Shown here: piece by piece, positions 54,381-64,000 of the stretch | Numbering within the stretch: the stretch's first letter is position 1 | How the letters are laid out: each line of letters starts with the position of its first letter | Assembly (NCBI GenBank): GCA_001244265.2 | Contig: CDLV01000004.1 | Span: 930,001 to 994,000, forward strand | Origin: Microbotryum violaceum | Lineage: Eukaryota | Length of the DNA stretch: 64,000 bases | Direction of reading: 5' to 3' | Notes under the pieces: generated by a model | The model's database searches: none | What the model saw: the letters and a program-made list of their open reading frames with translations, nothing else | What the model was told of the DNA's origin: nothing | Translations under genes and position numbers: made by a program

Positions 54381-57300
54381 ATGGTGTATATTTCGAAACA
54401 CCAACTGACCGTGGCGCTCCTAGCGTCCGCGGCCACCGCATCTGCTTACCGTAAGTTCCTCAAGTCTGCACTTCGGCCCCACCATCGAGAGGTGGTGCTG
54501 GTGCGACGTCCATGACGACGAATCGACGATCGCAGCGACGAGCGATTCCGAGTTGATGCTGCGGTATTTGGCTGCAATACTGGTGGTCGTTCGACCATTC
54601 TATCAGCTTGTAGCTTTCACGGGCTTCGGGCTTGTCACTCTTTGCGGCTGCACCATTGCTGCGATGGGCGATTCCGTCGGAGCAGCCGATTCGAGCTCCC
54701 GCTCGCACTCCGCGCTCAGAATGTCGTCACACCCCAGAAAACCCTGGCGGCCATGATCGCTCCCCCTCGGACTTTCGTCAACTCATGCTTCTTTTTGTTT
54801 TTGTTTTTCTTACCATTTCCGGATTGCAGAACGGGACATTCCCGATTGGGGACAATCCGACATCAAGAAGTACCTGCAAGACCACAATGTGCCTAACGTC
54901 GCCAACTTGAACGTCGAGCAATTGCGCGAGCTCGCTCAGACCCACTACAAGGCTTTGGCCAAGGGCTCCCAACACCACTTCAACAATGCGGCTGGAGCCG
55001 TGTACTTGACCTGGTCCGACTCGGACCTGCGTGCTTTTCTGCTTAAGAAGGGCATCGTCTCACCGCAGTCCAAGCGTGAAGAGTTGCTCGTCCTCGCTAA
55101 GCAGTACGGCGCCGATGCGCAGCAGGGCGCCGACAACGTCCCCAGTTCCATCTCGAGTGCCGCTGGCTCGACCTACACCGCTGCTTCCAAAGCTGGCCAA
55201 GCGGCCTTCGAGGCCGCGGCCAACGCTCCTTCGGTGGCCTACGACACCGCTGCGTCCGCTCTTCAAGGTAAGTTTTGCTCTCCCATCGGCTTCGGATTTG
55301 AACTCGTCTTCAGAACAAAATCCGTAGCTCACCCCTGAATTTCACTGCCCAACCATAGATTCGTCTGACTACATCTACAGCACCTGGTCGGACTTTGACC
55401 TCAAGGCGTGGTTGGTCGAACACAACTTAATTAAGTCCGATGCCAAGACGAGGCGTGACGAGATGCTCGACATAATTCGCAAACCGTACCATGACGCTGC
55501 CACCAACGTTTACGACACGTGGAGCGATAGCTACCTGGTGAGTTGCTTCCTTTTTCTAAAGCCGTGAATTGCAATTAACACAAGCTTATGTTGCCGCGTC
55601 ACAGCAAAAATGGCTCCAAAACCACAACGTCATTGACTCGCCTGCCAAGAAGACTCGCAAAGACTTACTTGACTCGGTCGGCAAGTACTACTACGATGCT
55701 CGCGACACAACCTACACTTCATGGTCGGACAACGCCGTGCGACGCTGGCTCGAATCGCGTGGCGTAATCAAGCCGCAGGAGCAGAAGAAGGCTGAGGAAT
55801 TGCGCGACCTGATCTCGGACAACTATTATTCGCTTCGGGACCGCGCCTACCAGTCTTGGGACGACTCGGCCCTGCAGCAATGGCTCGTTGACCATGGTGT
55901 TGTCGAGCCCCCTACCCAACGCGCTGCATTGCTCAAGCAGGTCAAGGACATGTACTACTCGACCGAGGAGGCGGCTTGGTCCCTCTGGTCCGACGCTCAA
56001 CAACGTGCTTGGCTCGTCAAGGAGAACGTCGTCAAGGCCCCTGAAGCGGCGAACCTCAAGCGACACGAGCTCGAGGACCTCATCGCCAAGAACTGGCACA
56101 AGGCCGGCGACGTCCTCACCTCTGCGTGGAGTGAAAGCGACATGAAGCACTGGTTGGTCGAGCACGGTGCCATCAAGAGTGATGCTCAAGTTCAGAAAGA
56201 TGAGGTATGTCGCAGCACATCATCTTTCCCCATCCCATTGTGTATGAACGCGCTGACAAGACGGTTTCGTTCTGACCATCAGGTCACGAGCCTTTTTATC
56301 AAACACTACTCCAAGGTCGCAGACAAGTCGGCGGCCTGTATCTCGTGGAGTGACAACCGCCTCCGCGGATGGCTCCGACAGCATGGCGTCCCGGTCAAGC
56401 TGGGCAGCTCGCGCGAAGAGCTTTTGCAGCAAATCGGTGAACATTGTGAGTAGCACTTCTCGCGGGATGGTCAGTCGGACAAATATCGTACTGACCTGTA
56501 TCGACACACCTCAGATATCTCATCGCAAGGTGGCATCGGTTCATGGGTCAGTGGAGCGGCTGGTGCCGTCGAGGGTGCGCTCGGCAACGTCGTTGACATG
56601 CTCAAGGGCGTAGTCGGTGTCGCTCCTTCGTACGGCGAGGAGGCCCGTCTCAAGGCCAAGTACGCCGACTCGCAAGCACAACAAATCTACGGCACTGCTA
56701 GCAATTCCGGTACTTCCATCCTCGCACAAGTCACCGACAGCATCTCGTCTGCGGCGTCGCGAGCCACCGCAATTGCCTCTAACGCTTACGTCGATACCTT
56801 GATCTCTTTGGCAAGTGGATGGAGCGTTGCGGGTGCATCACTTTCCTCGGCTGCCTCGGTGGCTTCGGCTTCGGCCCTGTCTGTATCGTCCGTCGCGAGC
56901 AAGTCGGCGTCCGCGAGCGCCCACGCTGCCGGTCTGGCCCCCTCTCAAGCTTACGCCGCCGCCACCTCGGCCGGCAACCAGGTCGCGTCGTCCGCCTCGT
57001 CTTTGGCGTCGGGTGCTTCCGCCAGTATTTCGTCGTACCTCGCCGACACATCCGCCTCAGCGTCTTCGCTCGCTGCCCAAGCCAGTTCGAGTCTCAACTC
57101 CGCCTACTCTCATGCCAGCAGGAGCGCTGCCTCGGCCGCCGATGCCGCTAGCAAGAGTGTGTCCAAGAGCGCTTCGTCCGCTGGCTTGAAGCCTACCCAG
57201 ATCTACGAGGCGGCCTCCAAGACCGCCGCTTCCGCCGCTTCTTCGGCCAGCTCGGCCGCCAGCGTCGCGTCCGCTTCCATGAGCTCCTACGTTTCGGAGC

Positions 57301-58061
57301 AATCCGCTTCTGTTAGTAGCGCCGCCGTCCGAGCGTCTTCGTCGTTCGCCTCTGTTCTCTCAAGTGCCAGCGCGAGTGCCGAATCGGCTTCGTCCGTCGC
57401 GTCTGCCTCGATCTCTTCGGAACTGTCCCGACAAGGAGTTGACCCGTCCTCGATCTCGAAGAGCGCGAGCTCCGCGGGCAGCGTAGCGCAGAAGAGCGCT
57501 TCGGGTGCTCTCGCCAGTGCCACCTCAAGTTACTTGTCGTGGTCGTCCTCGGCTGCGACTGCGGCTTCCTCCGCGGCAAGCGCCGCTTCGGCTTCGTACG
57601 CTTCGCAGGCATCTGATCTCTTCAAGTCGGCCAACACAGCGTCTTCGTCGGCTAGCAAGAGTGTCAGCTCGGCCATGCACGCCGCTGGCTACGATCCGTC
57701 CACCATCTCCAAGTCCGCTTCTTCGGCCGGTTCGGTTGCCGAGAAGTCCGTTTCAAGTCTCGCTTCTTCGGCTTCATCGGCGCTGAGCTCGTACCATAGC
57801 CAGGCAAGCAAGTCGGCCATCGCCGCGTCCAAGACGATGTCGTCTGTTTACTCGGTCGCTTCGGCCTCGGCCAAGAGCGCTGCATCGGTGGCAAGCTCGT
57901 CTGCCTACAAGGTCGCTACCAAGGCCGGTGTTGACACTAAGGCCGCTGCGTCTACCGCCAGTGCGGTCAGCAAGTCGATCTCTTCGGCCGCATCAATCGC
58001 CAGCAAGAGCGCCAGCTCGGCACTCTCCCAGGCGAACAAGGTCGCTCACCAAGAACTTTGA
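54381..58061 (+). CDS. Ish1/Msc1-like nuclear-envelope/ER stress protein with a long Ser/Ala-rich tail, multi-exon
   Basis: Signal peptide MVYISKHQLTVALLASAATASA; many W(S/D)xxxLxxWLxxHG Ish1-type repeats; ~480-aa S/A-rich last exon ending HQEL. Confidence 0.8.
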
Positions 58062-58589
58062 AATGGTGCCGCATTGTTTGTGTTATTCCCGTATCGCTTG
58101 CTTCTGCATTGCACCTGATCAGCCAAACCGCGCCATCTACGTGCTCGGTGGCTCGCGTTCTGGCGCTCTGGCTGGCGCTCCTAACCAGCCACTTCTCTCG
58201 CTAAATCCTCCTGTCTGGAACCGTCCACAAATTCATCATTGTGATATGCCTTCAAATGTGATTGAACCAAAAGTTATCATTTCTGTGTCTTTGTAGCGAC
58301 TTTTGAAATGAAATCTTTCGTACTAATTCTCCCGCGCCAAGCAGCGTTCGGAAAAGCTTGCCCGGTACCGCCCTTCGTGGCTGGTGAGCCGCTAGATCGC
58401 TAGAGGCGGAATAGCGTGCGGTGGCTACGATTTTCCTTTGCTGCGCAGCTGAAGCTTTGCTTTTCGCCTGCCCACCATGGAGAACTTCAGGTCTATTTAT
58501 CTAGACATCTAATGGGGAACCCTGCGCGTGAGGGTGCAGTCTCGACTCATGGCACTGACTCACTATTGATTACACTGAGCGACGTTTTT

Positions 58590-58775
58590 GGCGGGGAATA
58601 CCCATTCAGATGGGTATTCCCCGGGCTGCGGTATTACCCATTCAGCTGGTATTACCCACCAAAATGGGTAATACCCGCTGGTTGGGTATTACCCACGTGA
58701 CGATGGTATATCCAAGCAGACGGTATTCCCTTCGGTTCGGGTATTCCCAATTTTAATGGGTAATACCATCCAAAA
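58590..58775. repeat. Cluster of GGGTA(A/T)TACCC palindromic motifs, typical of a DNA-transposon (hAT-like) subterminal region
   Basis: About nine GGTATT/AATACC/TTACCC units in both orientations within 190 bp. Confidence 0.55.
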
Positions 58776-60273
58776 AGTCTCAATAGGGGCTCTCTTCGGG
58801 AGCGTGATCGAGCTTAATTCACATCAGCTTGCTCATTAGCTTCTATATCATTAATTGCTAGTGCGAGCTCAATTAGCATCAGCTTACCCATTAGGATCTG
58901 TATCACAAATTACTAATGCTCGCGTTCATATTACTAGTGTTAATGCAGCCATTTTATATTGCATGCCAGATGTTGTAGTACATATTGTGGTTTGTATTAG
59001 TGCTAGCAAGTGTCTACCTCCGTTACCATATCTGACCCGTAGCCGGATGGTTTGGATTGTTGGCGTCCAAATCATCCGCAGCTGCCGCGCGTGCTCCGCT
59101 TCCTCAAGTCCTTCAAGAGCGTTCCAACTCCTTGACGCCTTCTTTGTCCTGTCCCTGATCCTTGTCTTGTTCCTCTTCGTTTCGACGGTTGCCAAGGTTC
59201 CTCTTGTAGATGATCTGTAGGCTTCTGTTGAGGTTCTGATTGGTCTTCTTGGTTCTTGACGGGCCCGGGCCTCTAGAGCCGGTCATCCGATGTGACCGCA
59301 AGTAAACATGTCGATTCTGCAAGGGCCGAGGGAGAAGTGATTGGTCAGCGCGCAAGCGAGCGCACAGTCAAGGTAAGGACTGGCGCGTGTTACTTACATA
59401 CTTGACGATTCCTATTGCTTCGAAGCAGCATGTTCCTCCACAATAGTGTAGGTGCTTGTTCTGGCACAGACGAGTCTGCGCGCGTTCTTGGGATGATGTT
59501 CTTCGGGCAGTTGCTAGCTGTGAGACCATTCCAAGCTGATCTCCGCAAGCGGCCCATACACTTGGACCGGAACAGGTGTTCTAATCTCTGCCGCTACTGC
59601 ATCACCTACTGGGTCGAGGAATGTTACGAGTGGTGCAAGAAAGTCAGAGCTAGTCGGTGGTCGGGTTCTGCTCGTTGAAATTGCCGGGACCTACGCGAAG
59701 CCGATCTTAAGGGACGTTGTCAGTTTGCTCGTGCTTGCAAGTAAACTCACACAAGCTCATATCGCCTTTGTCGTTTCGTACGTACATGCCATCCGCATCG
59801 AGGTACTTTCTGGCTGCAGGGCGTGGACCGAGGCGACACGTCAGCGAAAAGTTGGCCGACTTAGCCCGAACGTGAGTCAGCCCGAATCAGCCCGCCGTAC
59901 CCGCTGCTTTGCAAGGTCGTATCGCACCCACTGCTTAGAGCAAGGGCGAACTTTTCGAGACTCGCACTATCGCGGCTCGCTGTTTCTAGCTAAGGTTCGC
60001 ATTCCGGATCACGACTGTCCTTGTTGGGCAAGTTGACTCATGGGGCTACCTTGTATACAGACCTCGTTTGGCCGCGTCTACCTACCGCGTCGCCTTCCTC
60101 CCCTGCCATCGCCCTGCGCTTTTCGAGCAAAGGTATGCCCTATCCCCCAATTCAGTTGCAGTGTTTAGTTACTAATCGGACCTGCGCTCTTTGAGCAAAG
60201 CCAATCGACCATTTTTTTGAGCTATTCAGGGACGACTCTCACTTCGCACGACTCGTCCCCCATCAAAGTCTTC

Positions 60274-62175
60274 ATGGCGATCGACCTCTTCTCCGACGAC
60301 AACTACGCCCCTCCCGATTGGGACCCTTCGAGCCCAATCCCTACGTCGGGGCCTCAGACGGAGGCGGCGTTGCTGCAGATTCTGAGCGCGTGGGACGGTT
60401 CCGACAATAGCGTGCTCTCCGTCGCCTCCCTCGCCAACCTCAAGGACGGATTCAAGGCCGCCGCGCGGGACTCTGACCCGTCCACACTCCTCTTCTGGGA
60501 ACTTCAGTTAGCTAAGCTGCCCTTGGGTAAGAGCCTATCCATGGAAGCGCTCCTGGAGGCCGATGTCCACCCCGTGATCGCCCACGCTCTGGGATGCGGG
60601 CGCCCCAGCGAGTATCTCAGCCGATACGGTGCGGACTTTTGGACAAAGAATATGGCTTCGTATCGTCTTCGCCGACAATCGTCCGCCGGGCCACCCCCGC
60701 CGTTGAAACGCATCACCGCTATCAAACATGTGGGCGACCTGCCTACCTACACCTTCAACGAGCTGGAAAAAGACGGCGCAGGCCAGATTGTGGTCCATAC
60801 CGCCCTCTTCATCGAAGGCGATGTCGACCCTGCTACTTTCCCACCCGAGGTCGACTATAAATTCAACCATCTACCACGTGGATGGGTCTTGAGACCTCCT
60901 TCAGCGGCAACTCCTTCGGGTAGACCACTGCATTGATCCGAGCAAGTGTTGCGCACATCCAAATGCCCCGTCGCAATGGACTTCGGCTGGGAGGATATCA
61001 CCGATGAAGGGGAAAACAATGATGCAGTCGCCGCGGCTCAGAGGGGAGCTCTAATGGCCCAAGTACGTCAACTAGACCCTCGAGCCAAGAAGTCAAAGGC
61101 GATTCCAGCACTGCGACCGACCGCGCTTGCTCCCCATCCGCCCTTGGCATTCCGTCCTTCCTCACAACAACTGAATTCCTAAAACGACTTGCCCCCGGCT
61201 ACCCTGTCGACATATCAGCCCCTTGATCCAGATGATCCGGGCCCTCCACGAGATCCGCTGAAGGACTTCCTCGACGGTGTCCTGAATGCTCCTACAAACA
61301 GGCAGAAACCGCTGCCGGACTATGTGCTGGGACTGCGCCAAAAGCAAGAGTTCTACAAAAGAGCAAGGTTCATGAAGAACGGCAACAAATACAGGCTAGA
61401 TTTCGTTACGGCAAAAATCCTCAGTACCCATGGCATCAAGCTCGACGTGCTCAAGGCAATGAAAGTCCTTTGCGGAAATTTCGTGTTGGCTGCAGAGGCT
61501 TCCCACGTAGCCAAAGATTCCCTCTTCTACACGTTTTCTACGGAGGGAAGCCAGCATCAAGGCATCAATGCGTTGATCCACTCCAAAAAGTCTAAGGCGA
61601 ATTTGGACATTCTCGGAGGACCCATTGGACATCTCCGAGCCCTCCAGAATCTTGAGGCACTTGAGAATGCCGCCTTCTTCACGCACCAAGGACGCGATTG
61701 GGTCGACTACCTCGATTTTCTGGAAGAAGTGGCGGCCCAGCCTGCATGGGGTTACGAGTTCATGGCGCTATACAACGATCAGTTCCGCCGTACGCTCGCC
61801 AACCACTCCTCGTCGATTCACTCACTGCTTCAAGCTTCTTGAGGTGATGTTGTGATGCATGAATGTCAGGCTGAGTGGACCAAGAAATCCTCTCGAGCCC
61901 TTATTCAAGCCTCATTTGATCAACCAGGCCCTCACACTGGCCCAGTTTTACACCATCACGATGGTGCCAACAGATCCAGACGCGGACGGCCTACATGTTC
62001 CCTGTGGAATCAGGGATTCAACCATAATATCCAGCTATGCAAATTCCGCCACATCTGCGACATCTGCCGCGAGCAGATCCATGGCCGGAAAGTGTGTCCG
62101 AAAACCCGCTCCGACCCCGGCGCTAAAGCAGTGGTACTGGCGTCCAACGCTGCGGCGCGCTCCACACACCACTGA
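60274..62175 (+). pseudogene. DIRS/Ngaro gag-like ORF broken by three in-frame stops
   Basis: ORFs 60217, 60946, 61189 and 61852 are all in one frame, separated by single TGA/TAA/TGA stops. LYNDQFRR and C-terminal CSLWNQG...CKFRHICDICREQIHGRKVC resemble tyrosine-recombinase retroelement gag. Confidence 0.6.
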
Positions 62176-62556
62176 GCGCAAGCTCTTCATCTACTTGATC
62201 TCAATCTGTACATCAGCCAGTAGGATCTTCATTTGCCTGTACAATGCGCGACAAAATTTCACCCACCCTCCCGCTCCAAGGTTCCTGAAAAACCCTCATC
62301 TTACATCTGCCAAATCATCAACAAAAACAATACCAAAATACGGAGTACGGGTTTTTCTCTTACCACTGCAACTCAACTCTTCCATCCTAAAACAAACGCC
62401 ACAAACAGCGCGAACTATGGAGGAGTCAAATTAACCGACCCTCAGTGCTACGGACCTGATAACCCAATGTCCATACGGATACTAGAACGACCGGCTAAGG
62501 CAGCCATAAAGTAGCTTTGCTCTTACAGAAGCTCTATAAAACTGCCTTACATAAAT

Positions 62557-64000
<1,444 letters not shown>

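Noticed and set aside
10181-58524. Inward-facing 27-bp hAT-like TIRs 48 kb apart, as a possible giant transposon carrying host genes
   Set aside because: Flanks (TTAAAGAT vs CGCGTGAG) are not a TSD; more simply two stubs of separate copies.
62482-62551. Imperfect hairpin followed by CTAG|T on the minus strand as a Helitron 3' end
   Set aside because: The stem is long and imperfect, and no matching Helitron body is visible; insufficient support.

Overview
Transposon-dense, intron-rich fungal DNA. Intron signals, TE families and CpG/TpCpG-biased decay suggest a basidiomycete, possibly Microbotryum-like (inference). Positions 1-39.5 kb are a nested TE pile: a LINE fragment, hAT and CACTA remnants, a complete chromodomain Ty3/Gypsy element, a long-TIR element, a CACTA element holding a Copia, and a Helitron holding a P-like transposon (with a Ulp1-type protease domain) that itself holds a second Copia. 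Positions 39.9-58 kb carry spliced host genes: BAP31, NDUFA6, an HRP1-like RRM gene, PCT1 interrupted by a third Copia, a decayed LIM gene and an Ish1/Msc1-like gene. The end has a DIRS/Ngaro-gag-like pseudogene and a second Gypsy remnant. Top observation: three unrelated LTR families (one Gypsy, two Copia) each carry a short GT-AG intron-like segment inside the LTR whose 3' end exactly duplicates the sequence just upstream of the donor. Intron-containing and precisely intron-less LTR versions both occur in the window. This suggests a self-regenerating LTR intron that is spliced from the transcript and restored at minus-strand transfer.
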